Source of the DNA: Cytophagales bacterium
GTDB taxonomy: Bacteria > Bacteroidota > Bacteroidia > Cytophagales > CCMP332
Reading direction: 5' to 3'
NCBI GenBank assembly: GCA_965227315.1
Contig: OZ245737.1
Location: 859,517-923,516, forward strand
DNA: 64,000 nt
The translations under genes were made by a program, and so were the position numbers. Below are positions 50,401 through 53,686 of the stretch, one piece after another. The notes under the pieces were generated by a model. It saw nothing but the letters and a program-made list of their open reading frames with translations, did not search any database and was not told the DNA's origin. Each line of letters begins with the position of its first letter. Positions within the stretch are counted from its first letter, which is position 1.

Positions 50401-50407
50401 TCAGCAT
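29375..50407 (-). CDS. N-terminal segment of the giant T9SS adhesin (7010 aa): signal peptide, N-terminal domain, 2x parallel beta-helix segments, about 25 Ig-like 87-aa modules, about 12 Ig-like modules of 95-100 aa, 2x LamG-like domains and 13 SprB-repeat-like modules. It has no CTD.
   Basis: An uninterrupted 21-kb ORF. Signal peptide MLRKLYLISILLLCSIGAYSQ. Beta-helix repeats (NxIGGN..DGIxI). LamG signatures GLIDEVRIWDY and GSIDEVRFWEN. Modules are framed by paired Cys residues. Confidence 0.9.
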   Translation of the reverse strand: MLRKLYLISILLLCSIGAYSQLDLELRATQSLDASKDSIRVLIEIRRIGIADDLGSSNFWLRPNVDSTAPDLDIDNARLDPTGGAWHNVGGYDPMTISRNTLLNVVGINVVKSLTPGAAVQVPLTYTTVGTIVIPILDKCDSSVLSWRTNPPTGTILTFTGGVASVSARNIAPSNFFYKDSIGATLYTVKDSICDGDSIPIGIRVTGEADTVAGGFTVVLNPGGFVFNNVKGTDTLMMPPRPAGIQYTDYAVVSVTDSNGCTHTIPANHFTSTVDLFVKNQIPLTLTVDDPGPYCWDEVQDFYVLPISSPTDSLIWSHTLANGNLAVGNQDTVTYTFTNIATGPDKIFARKIDDDGCEAQDSLSIQINDPRIVINTADDPDSCGCLSVAAAYANSNLGADTIRFDPVMTGQTVVLGNELIVSAGNGNGTVIDGDIDGDDIPSVSIDGGAVSKMRADGDNITFQYLHLFNFVSAIWVEGANAVAIGNRIGTNLAGTAVAASANIEGVNITSLATNCRIGGTTPAERNIISGNSDDGIEIEGVGVHFVIGNYIGLNASGNAAIPNGVNGVFIDGSANNSIGDGTPSGLNVISGNGDSDIRISGGAGQGNQILGNYIGTDNLGNATVANAAYGIRVDGGASNNQIGDGTAGGRNYIGGHGTYEISLESGSANDVKNNSIGISTGGTPLAGSTAGINLSGTAQNDSIIANDIANSANEGIGVRGSADDNRFFENQIYSNGGLGIDFVDPGVQNDIDSPVINDLNPVGTILEGTSQPNARIQVFADAAEEGEQYLGDTVATAGGNWEFDLNLGGINPGLTNLTAIQDDGDRSSDFSAPFAICSRPDINFLNTVVSLPHDSIYNCSTRDTVVRVDSATVAGTILGSNGLLFEWYDGGRTDPVLVGQTKSFISVNPASSQFYTVRVSDFDDPSCFEYDSVWIEAEPLPVVTITEQSSGPYCENGFAILSEDSLDGETFQWLINGNPIAGATTDTLYADSIGTHLYNVVVTTPFGCTDTALVGTTITINANPSVGIDQGSNQIVCISGGLFGMSSTVLPANPGTWSWKQIVGSSSLINISTNTADYDPSVEIVGFVDTVWAIFQETATTCWDSAFIEITVDGGLAVSKTVDDNTCGTFRNAIREANLTPGSIISFSIPGGGPHEIVLDSALPNVTGANTLIDGWSQPGYDNDGIPDIQLDGQGGSFSGIVLDASGVAVRGLAIINFLGGNAGIETLTGTNDSIYGNFIGIDTLGNAAANDIGIRLNGLNHVVGDTLPNRRNIISSNTNNGIFVNANNNFFFRNWIGVGIDAFTPRANGAAGILLNGAGASLNTFGSFNTDTSNIIANNLGPGIEANSGGIAQNAWRNNSIYDNAVEGISLIGDVQSGIAAPTIDSLGITGILYGKDASLGAIVSLFADGSEQGRQFLDTTIVANAGGFWSKQINPGAIIAGLDSLTVTQESGGNSSEFADPVLVCFEPVISYLNPPTNDTIVYCLGSDTLVYADSVSIDPTFTFSYSWNVGSPGGLQISNSATALITNTGPEIYFLTVTRSPGCFSVDSFYVDTLPTVTPADAGTDIDSCGTLIRMTANAPTFGAGTWTQISGPLTINIVDPLSDTTIVDLVGGFTQSSDTFELEWTIIGDCDTSSDIVQIVFHDSPSPPDAGPDIDSCGTTAFLSGTPIGTGLGYWTATGPSTLFFFGNDTTDPNVRVDVAGIVSSPDTFSVFWNSQNGTCPESQDVMQLVFFGDPTVPNAGTPDSVCQLTTTLAGNMPAAGEYGYWQVVSGPAGHVFVDSTVFNTDFTAGGFGVYELSWSLGNGVCLDSADTVQITFFDDPTVPNAGTPDSVCQLTTTLAGNMPAAGEYGYWQVVSGPAGHVFVDSTVFNTDFTAGGFGVYELSWSLGNGVCLDSADTVQITFFDDPTVPNAGTPDSVCQLTTTLAGNMPAAGEYGYWQVVSGPAGHVFVDSTVFNTDFTAGGFGVYELSWSLGNGVCLDSADTVQITFFDDPTIPNAGTPDSVCQLTTTLAGNMPAAGEYGYWQVVSGPAGHVFVDSTVFNTDFTAGGFGVYELSWSLGNGVCLDSADTVQITFFDDPTIPNAGTPDSVCQLTTTLAGNMPGPAEYGYWQVVSGPAGHVFVDSTVFNTDFTAGGFGVYELSWSLGNGVCLDSADTVQITFFDDPTIPNAGTPDSVCQLTTTLAGNMPGPAEYGYWQVVSGPAGHVFVDSTVFNTDFTAGGFGVYELSWSLGNGVCLDSADTVQITFFDDPTIPNAGTPDSVCQLTTTLAGNMPGPAEYGYWQVVSGPAGHVFVDSTVFNTDFTAGGFGVYELSWSLGNGVCLDSADTVQITFFDDPTIPNAGTPDSVCQLTTTLAGNMPAAGEYGYWQVVSGPAGHVFVDSTVFNTDFTAGGFGVYELSWSLGNGVCLDSADTVQITFFDDPTIPNAGTPDSVCQLTTTLAGNMPAAGEYGYWQVVSGPAGHVFVDSTVFNTDFTAGGFGVYELSWSLGNGVCLDSADTVQITFFDFATVPNAGMNDTVCGLTATLGANPAGAGEYGYWQVLSGPAGHAFVDSTVFNTDFTGGNYGLYELSWSIGNGVCLDSADTVFVRFDQDPTTSNAGSDTSLCGTNYTMDGNTPTVGIGVWDTISTPPGPNDITFFFPNDPNTPITASDFGVYLVTWTITNGNCTPSIDTVELSFFDNPSTADAGPDPDSACGFSTALQAVPPTIGSGIWTADIVGNPGNANFSNDSLNPAATVNVDAYGVYKFYWTVSNGPCTPSVDSVIFEFFEQPDTAIAGADDSICGLVYNLMGNTPSAGTTQWSQISGPGIITFGDSSLPNTTATASVFGVYEIEWRVTNGACVDRADTVEITYFDIATVPNAGTPDSVCQLTTTLAGNMPAAGEYGYWQVVSGPAGHVFVDSTVFNTDFTAGGFGVYELSWSLGNGVCLDSADTVQITFFDDPTVPNAGTPDSVCQLTTTLAGNMPAAGEYGYWQVVSGPAGHVFVDSTVFNTDFTAGGFGVYELSWSLGNGVCLDSADTVQITFFDDPTVPNAGTPDSVCQLTTTLAGNMPAAGEYGYWQVVSGPAGHVFVDSTVFNTDFTAGGFGVYELSWSLGNGVCLDSADTVQITFFDDPTVPNAGTPDSVCQLTTTLAGNMPAAGEYGYWQVVSGPAGHVFVDSTVFNTDFTAGGFGVYELSWSLGNGVCLDSADTVQITFFDDPTVPNAGTPDSVCQLTTTLAGNMPAAGEYGYWQVVSGPAGHVFVDSTVFNTDFTAGGFGVYELSWSLGNGVCLDSADTVQITFFDNPTPAFAGNDTSVCGDTVGLNADIVTVGSGMWSFVSGPAVVTFDNPADPKSEAYGSTDGNYILMWTTSNGNCPVDQDSVTVGFRDRVLIPVFAGPDQSVCDTFTTLAASNPGPFSSFWTEHPVSGNINFVNGNSPTSVVHTTGPGLYGTYKLSWTVANDPCPSVGDTVLITFDEDPTTSVAGAVTDSICADTVELAANNPIVGTGQWTTTLAPAGGVITFDDDTLFNTIARHNGVYGQYQLTWTISSGSCTPSASSITVDFFADPTIPDAGPDSAEICSNSIVLSANNITSGQGRWKDISAIPRVSFNDPTLPNATASVVFTGTEDTVEVLLEWKSFNGSCDTLRDQILVWFFANPTTANAGGDQLGLCGDSAILAANNPDPGVGNGVWTWQSGPGQVTFSDSSQFNSSAYSNGFLGTHTLRWTISNGTCADSFDEMDVEFFDPVDSANLTGGAVICEGDSIPLVVNFVGGAGPYLITIVADIGANPVVPSPYTSGDTIWHVPTNPALTTYTLVSATTSTPPFCAATVITSNATSLVNPTAAANMTPLNQSICDGSSANIQVNFTTGTAPYFVRYTDGTNTTDIFPYTSGDNIVVNPTVNTTYYIDSISDANGCGVAAPDANITDSAEVLVNPNVPPTVSLVQDPPGSVCDGELVDFTVVATDTGNAPVWAWTVNGGPIVSTGNSYSYSPTDGDLVRVTLDVTGMGCIPAPAGIVEDTTLMIVVDSITPVVSIDQFPANPVCATDDLLLVANITGAGPSDTYAWRRNGGAVIGTDDSLTVLSTNWNDGDEFSFTLTTTAACATVGSVTDQVTINTTTGGTTTVSIVQSPASPVCINDPVQFEASNVGGGANPVYEWFIDNNPAGTDSTIFDTTFTPAGSYYVKVRMSKAPSCYSPDVVLDSVLVVVDNSVTPSISISANPNGPVCPNEDVEFEAIMVGQGTAVPTWYLGTNPVAFGTSYLYPGNTVSGDSISVQLNSNASCKSSGAIVNDSYIIQIQDPITPEVSISQSPDNPVCIGDDVDFTANPSGGGTSPSYQWFLNGGLQAQGTGLDNVTFVNIQDGDEVAVIMTSSNPPGCASMPTAADTIFIQGSLTVPLQVSIDQSPSGDLCIGQTVTYTANVIGGGANPSYQWNVIPPAGPPISNLDQITLTTVAGAPSNSFEIGPGTNLITLNLTADPNSCNTGQSFLAFQSTTVDPVVTPSVSLAQSPANPVCSGDNVTFSTTVSGEGTSPVYNWFVNGGLVATNSSGTYNSNMLADGDEVVVELVSNGCGAVPTDRDTLVIDLQDPIIPTVDIEVTPGTEICSGSLVRLVALSTGEGDNPSYAWRENGTFFGNGDTIIRSFTGAGPFFISVELNKGLACGAGTATAIDFDTITINNTPSVTITQDPDPTCNGDLTNLSANVVGLGFGSQYVWRRISPSVQLVAAGADLTSIQTGVNAGETYRVTVTNASSGCLAPTDSVFFTYGVNTLPGSVTPEVFLSMDPMNPICPDELITFEVDSVRGQGANPGYRWYVNDTLRHIGTTYATNELKGFDVVSLELNSSASCATQTFAYDSITILETDPSVLIVGDTTFCYGDTAVTFFAQDSSGGVSFTWIEAISGQIVGTADSLRVDTAGNYYLKVDNGRGCADSSRAIIVETPLPFADSTVAAVADTCFGETITLSLVGPSVAADYNLTWMYGNDTIAGANDSTYEAGWTGVYQILAANASCIDTMGYAQVSIKPRIDSLLSIRLGDSILCKDDSVLLWVPGVQGHAAGSRAGYINTGINGLGGPGSKSVEAWVKTDTAMGIISWGTGGTNNWIVRINGANGALELSLNQAGNNRITGTTDLRDYQYHHIAVVYDSAINTNLDGVTLYVDGQKEMAGVFNNTAVSPGANTIYMGLRSQGPGANPYFMTGLIDEVRIWDYAMDSISIAHNRNTPLRGTEPNLFALWNFEDTTGSTPKEVVTGFAGGSFVNSFFGIDSGYYRAPLSNPGYVWRVDGTIQPLFTSNFFVYDTTGDVTVEVSNGNCAATSNVLPLREVIIDTTLNLLLGSGSPIAVGCFGDSVAFESNEIGPPAVTYQWFYGWDTIPGATSRDFGSTKTGIYTVAITKEECTEPSRSQVIRNAPQFDDSVRYETDTICEDGSVELVINSVNTNYWSTTGAGYGEANNLLDLVPDNGFSVELFFKIDNLASLANSVLMMKNQDANDYFRIAFDVNGDIMFETDVAANGAGTDQLILTGSNGNWNTSDWFHVAVSWDNIRGKAIHVVGVGSAYDSTENIVMPDFTPGPACDLVVGIDQNFGCATLPASEFPGSIDEVRFWENAHPRVFFANNSLVPLSGTEHGLLALWQMDSVGIFDDGDLIGDATSNSFNLELKNNGHVFAKGGFYQPDNAPSYQWYDDNGIIVGANTDTLVVTTEGNYYAEVLNGLNPATCAQFTDTVGIKVNFLDDSLIFDLVHDTVFCDDTDSALISIDNNQGPELRVDWYDTVGNTLIAADTHQVWIDTTGVYYAVLTKSYTTFPQFGGNVITCTDTTRLFHVIELENPMAFAGYDTLICFDQAHTLGGIVPDSVTASGGNPPYTYSWTLSTGLDDDGLLSDTNAANPIFSGDTVNTFNFIVEVTDDSLCFDIDTVMVQVNPEIIPFAGNDTIICFEDSAVLGGTPTAMGGSGNINLTPIWRPTTYFDDPADSTSFNPLVINSIDVGDDVTYVVEITDTVAGCQVYDTVRIVYNPKVVANAVAPDSIVCFMDSLQLDVQPRDSGGIGMHSYQWESNPVIAGIFSPSDTIADPYFKGIQSGLYQVYLTGTDSIGCIGRDTIQMRVNDTIMVDAGVDTVVCYGDTMILGGLPTASGGQGAFKYQWTYIPNFPGLINSGDSANPILIHNVTPLPGPVDVTFTLTVYDTASMQICEVVDQVVIRLNPQISISSFPGDSTVICFEDTIQPIPANVVGGSGNFSYLWSPNTYLNDDTLLQPDFYGDSSGVHLLTLSVTDDMDPFMASCIVDSVIQIRVRDTLMVNARSIDLLGNADSIACFQDSLLLIADVISDEGPFTYTWTPGTNLGGTLLNDTATMDGIIAGLYDYVIRVQDNGFLCDNFDTVHIAVSNRIIADANRLTAPGVFDTLYLCYGQDSSLGGNPTGNNLPGIPGGPLSYTWTPNIKLDDASLANPALTADSAMRLQYNVVVSDSFGCTDEDSLFVFVNDSISAGLINDTTLCFGDSIYLGDTLYDGSVTVTGGTEPYTFVWSSIPSTSVNFLDDPNARNPLFNPLGNANQIPHQFSVTIRDSLGICVEVRTVTITVNPPITFDPNAIVDSLCQFSTVQMGGFFTAGGGFDGTFDFQWAPSGLFDDDTLQFPNFTANYIGDTMVYLTVTDPIGCVAIDSQFVRSLQLPSFNIQNDSFDMCFGLDTVLRITDTVNYQSYGMLDILWSNGKTTDTIHYRASTDTIFYIALTNNQNTCSSMDSVQVFVNPLPLQNFSTDGSSISLNDTLAYCPASPSNPLVNVHSVPDAGNPIGIDTFFWSALDPPGFIAPGAELLNPTTYLPGAGNSPSNLALKIRDFNDCVNYDTVTILLTQYPNVRIRLADDTVCYGDSTSLYLVNLPAGPTFNHTVFRVQPGPFSIFIYNGGLDSIGILSSQSLPDTLTKPLEIVYEWTFVEGTCNSILYDTLIVLPKPKLTSGAVPNPVCLGDTTELSASINAPLVADSFYWSTGTVNTNGIEPVVPLVDTDYQVVGLATMGVLRIRQPSV
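40541..41830 (-). repeat. In-frame tandem array A: 5 near-identical copies of a 258-bp (86-aa) unit
   Basis: The anchor gtgatctgaacc recurs at 40551, 40809, 41067, 41325 and 41583, exactly 258 nt apart. Unit peptide: DPTVPNAGTPDSVCQLTTTLAGNMPAAGEYGYWQVVSGPAGHVFVDSTVFNTDFTAGGFGVYELSWSLGNGVCLDSADTVQITFFD. Confidence 0.95.
42875..45196 (-). repeat. In-frame tandem array B: 9 near-identical copies of the same 258-bp unit
   Basis: The anchor gtgatctgaacc recurs at 42885, 43143, 43401, 43659, 43917, 44175, 44433, 44691 and 44949, exactly 258 nt apart. In N-to-C order the copies are three V/AAG, one I/AAG, three I/GPA and two I/AAG. Confidence 0.95.
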
Positions 50408-50502
50408 ACCGGCTTAGTACGTATTAATATTTTCTTCCAATGGCCAAAATAAAGATATTCTCATATCCAATTCTCAATTTCTTTTACTCCCCGGAATGTT
50501 GA

Positions 50503-51768
50503 TTATTTACTTGCCTCTATCAGGGTGGTGGTGTACACCCGCCCGTCTGCAAAAAGTTTAATTATATAGGCTCCGGATGGCAAGCCCAGATCAACGGTTT
50601 CGAACCTCCACTCGTAGGCACCCGAGAACAAATGCTGATCCTCGATCTCCTGAACCTTGATCCCCTTGAGGTCATATACCTCGATCAAAACATCCGATTC
50701 CTTCACCAGGTCGAGATAAATATTGGTATTGCCAAAATATGGGTTGGGATAAACACCTACTCTCGATGCAATTACGCCTTGCCCTAAGGTATTGGCTGTA
50801 TAGTTGAAAGGATCAGAAACAGATTTCCCACAAGTGTTTGAAACCTCCACAGTATAGGACCCGCTTTGCGTGGGAACCAAAGTTTGCTCTGTGGAGCCGG
50901 TCAATACATTTCCGTTTAAGTACCATTGATTGCCTTCCTCGGAAGAGCTGGTAAGGGTGCCTTGATTTTCTGCGATAAATGGTTTTTCAGGTTGTTGCAC
51001 AACGTTGATCACGAGAGGATCTGAGAATTTTTCCACCGAACAGCTTCTATGTCCCACCCTATATGAACCAGTCGCATTCACTGAAAATGTAGAGTCAGTT
51101 CCGGAGATCAGTACAACACCATCCTTTTCCCAAATGACTTCATGATTTTTTGGATTCTGCGTTGCCAGGGTCACAGTGGTGCCCGCACAGACCTTAACAG
51201 GGCCGTCATAGATCAGCGAAGGTTCGGCAGGTGCTTCAAACAATGGCAAACTCGGATTGCTCATCACAAAGCTCAGCTCCGACTTGATGGATTTTGGCCA
51301 TGGGCTGATCTCATATTCCGTAACCTGGCCCCATTTGGTATCCCACTCTATATGACTTTCCGAACAGGTATTCAGTATAGGTATCCTTACTGTACCGACG
51401 GGTTTGGCGACCGTTTCGACGAATACACCGGAGCCGTTTCCGTTGTTGTTTTCATTGATGCGAAGAACAAGAAGATTATTGGCATGAAGGCTCATGGCGA
51501 TGTATGAAGACGGATCGGAGGAAACATCAAATGACCTGGGTTGACTCATATCTATATATGCACCTCCCAGATCCAATACACCGGGCAAAACCCTGAACGG
51601 AATATCTGTACCACCCAAAGCCACCTGAGGACCATTCACCACCTTGGCCGACACCTGCAATACGATCTCATTGCCATCTCTGCTTTGCTGCGCCTCAAAC
51701 ACGACCTCTGCCATCGAAGGCAAGGACAGGAACAGTACAAATGCAAGCAGTGAGTAAAGTCTTTTCAT
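50503..51768 (-). CDS. Secreted protein with a T9SS type A (Por) C-terminal sorting domain. Its N-terminal domain is homologous to that of the giant adhesin.
   Basis: Signal peptide ..LFLSLPSMAE. The type A CTD is VYPNPYFGNTNIYLDL...IEVYDLKGIKV...LPSGAYIIKLFADGRVYTTTLI. Ig-like Cys-framed modules lie in the middle. Confidence 0.85.
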   Translation of the reverse strand: MKRLYSLLAFVLFLSLPSMAEVVFEAQQSRDGNEIVLQVSAKVVNGPQVALGGTDIPFRVLPGVLDLGGAYIDMSQPRSFDVSSDPSSYIAMSLHANNLLVLRINENNNGNGSGVFVETVAKPVGTVRIPILNTCSESHIEWDTKWGQVTEYEISPWPKSIKSELSFVMSNPSLPLFEAPAEPSLIYDGPVKVCAGTTVTLATQNPKNHEVIWEKDGVVLISGTDSTFSVNATGSYRVGHRSCSVEKFSDPLVINVVQQPEKPFIAENQGTLTSSSEEGNQWYLNGNVLTGSTEQTLVPTQSGSYTVEVSNTCGKSVSDPFNYTANTLGQGVIASRVGVYPNPYFGNTNIYLDLVKESDVLIEVYDLKGIKVQEIEDQHLFSGAYEWRFETVDLGLPSGAYIIKLFADGRVYTTTLIEASK

Positions 51769-51774
51769 ATTTAC

Positions 51775-53586
51775 TTATATCCCCGGAACAGCTGAAAAGT
51801 AAATCCAATTATTGCCCAAAGTCACTCTTTGATAGTCCATGGTATTGATCCGCACCGCAGCATCGGTCATATCAACATCTTCATTCCTGTACCCGACCTG
51901 CAAATTGGTCAAACCATCAAAAATTCCATAGATCGTTTGAATAGCATTCAGATCAGCGGCGTTGACCTCTCTGTCATAATTTGTATTGCCTTCCCATAGA
52001 TAAGAAACCGACATATTGTAACCGGATCCACCTACTCCATAAATATTTGCAGGATTGCCAAAATCAACATCCAGACCGACCGGAACCGTATTGCTCAATG
52101 GCACCGCCGTCGCCGACATCACGGCAAGATGGTTCCTATGAGTCACCACGACATAAAATGGTCCGTCAGCAGCTCTGGCATTTGCAAAAGTCACATAATC
52201 CTTCACCCCACTTGCAAAATCCCGAATCGAACCATCGGTCATCAACCATGCACTGATTGAATCAATGGTGGTGTTGGCCTGTATTCCCGTCCTCAAATAG
52301 ATCTTGATACTGTCTACTGCGGTGTCAGCCGCGCTCAGGGGAATAGTATATCCCGGGATCATGGGCACGCCATAACCGGGTTGTTCGAATCTGCTTTCCA
52401 TGGTATCGCGGATATGGAACATCAATCTGGCATCCATTTGGGTATCGTTGTCCCCTGACAAAGCACCACCAAGGAAGGCCCTGATCCTTAAGTTCAACTG
52501 TGTAGCCTTACCAATGGCTACAATCACATTGTCAGGCGATCTGAGCTCTGCCTCAACAGCCATGGAATCCCCGGAGGTGGTGATATTGGATCTTCCCATG
52601 GAGTAAAAAATATTGACTCCGTCATTTCTGGTTTGCGCCACCACTGCCGCGGAAGAATTCGGTATATCATTGGTATCGATCGTCGGGCGGGCAAAGAAAC
52701 TATCAAGGTCGCTGACAAAATCTTGAACAACCCAAAAGTTGGAAAAATCAACGCTTCCAAGGCCAAGGGAATCATATGATACGATCCCGGGATCGGTGTA
52801 TTTTACCTTGATCCAAGGCTCAGATCCGGAGTAGCTCGTGGAAACCATTTCCATAGGTCTGAATTGATTTGCCAATCCGGTATTACCCACAGGAAAATAA
52901 AGATTATCACCTGATGAACTGGGTTGTCTATATAAGGAGTCGGCATAACTTCTTTTGTTTCCTCCTACAATCGTTCCGCCCTGATTCACGCGCAGGGAAT
53001 CGTGCCCATCGCTATTTTCCATATCGATCCGGCCATTGGTGAGGGTAAGCTGATCGGTATGAACGGCACTCCAAAACCTTGTGGTGTTGAATCCGGCTGT
53101 TGCCATTTCGAGATTTCCCAGATCCAATAATCCAAGGAGGTCTGTTCTTACGCTTTTGTTTCCCGTACCGAAAAAGCCAAGCGTTCCCGAAGTGGAACGG
53201 AAGTTTGCTGTATCATTTACAGAACCCCTTTTAACCCTGAAAATATTGGAGACCTCAACCAAACCAAGATTATTTGTTGAAGCAGAATCGAAAATGGCCA
53301 CTCGGTCACCGGAAAGGACTCCGGTACCCGAATTGAGAAAAAACGTTCCCGCATTTCTCAGTGCGAAAGTGTCATTGATCACAATGGAGCCTTCATTGGT
53401 CAGCTGAGCGCTGTCAATGACAAACATTCGATCCGTAGAGAGTAGTGCATTAGAACCCCTTAAAACAAAGGTCCCTCCCCTGATGGTCAACTGAGCACAA
53501 GCTTCATGGACCATGGTAAGGCAGGTCAAGCTAAGTATTAAGAACAGGCTCGGCAGCGGCCGTATTCCTATGTAATTTTTTTGCAT
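51775..53586 (-). CDS. Secreted hypothetical protein (603 aa) with an N-terminal beta-helix-like repeat region and a C-terminal dockerin-like segment
   Basis: The start is taken at ATG 53586, giving MQKNYIGIRPLPSLFLILSLTCLTMVHEACAQ (a signal peptide). The longer ORF start at 53724 would overlap the divergent plsC-like gene. The stop lies 6 nt from the next gene's start. Confidence 0.6.
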   Translation of the reverse strand: MQKNYIGIRPLPSLFLILSLTCLTMVHEACAQLTIRGGTFVLRGSNALLSTDRMFVIDSAQLTNEGSIVINDTFALRNAGTFFLNSGTGVLSGDRVAIFDSASTNNLGLVEVSNIFRVKRGSVNDTANFRSTSGTLGFFGTGNKSVRTDLLGLLDLGNLEMATAGFNTTRFWSAVHTDQLTLTNGRIDMENSDGHDSLRVNQGGTIVGGNKRSYADSLYRQPSSSGDNLYFPVGNTGLANQFRPMEMVSTSYSGSEPWIKVKYTDPGIVSYDSLGLGSVDFSNFWVVQDFVSDLDSFFARPTIDTNDIPNSSAAVVAQTRNDGVNIFYSMGRSNITTSGDSMAVEAELRSPDNVIVAIGKATQLNLRIRAFLGGALSGDNDTQMDARLMFHIRDTMESRFEQPGYGVPMIPGYTIPLSAADTAVDSIKIYLRTGIQANTTIDSISAWLMTDGSIRDFASGVKDYVTFANARAADGPFYVVVTHRNHLAVMSATAVPLSNTVPVGLDVDFGNPANIYGVGGSGYNMSVSYLWEGNTNYDREVNAADLNAIQTIYGIFDGLTNLQVGYRNEDVDMTDAAVRINTMDYQRVTLGNNWIYFSAVPGI

Positions 53587-53686
53587 TATCCGACGACTAA
53601 AAATAAGCAAAAATCGATGCAAGGATACCCCTTGTACGGGAAATAAACCAAAAAGTTTAGGCTTAAATCCTGGTCTTACGATTATT

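Noticed and set aside
19404-53586. The possibility that the 34-kb island is a mobile or horizontally acquired element.
   Set aside because: No integrase, transposase, tRNA target, flanking direct repeats or conjugation genes are visible. Gene density and style match the flanks, and I did not compute composition.
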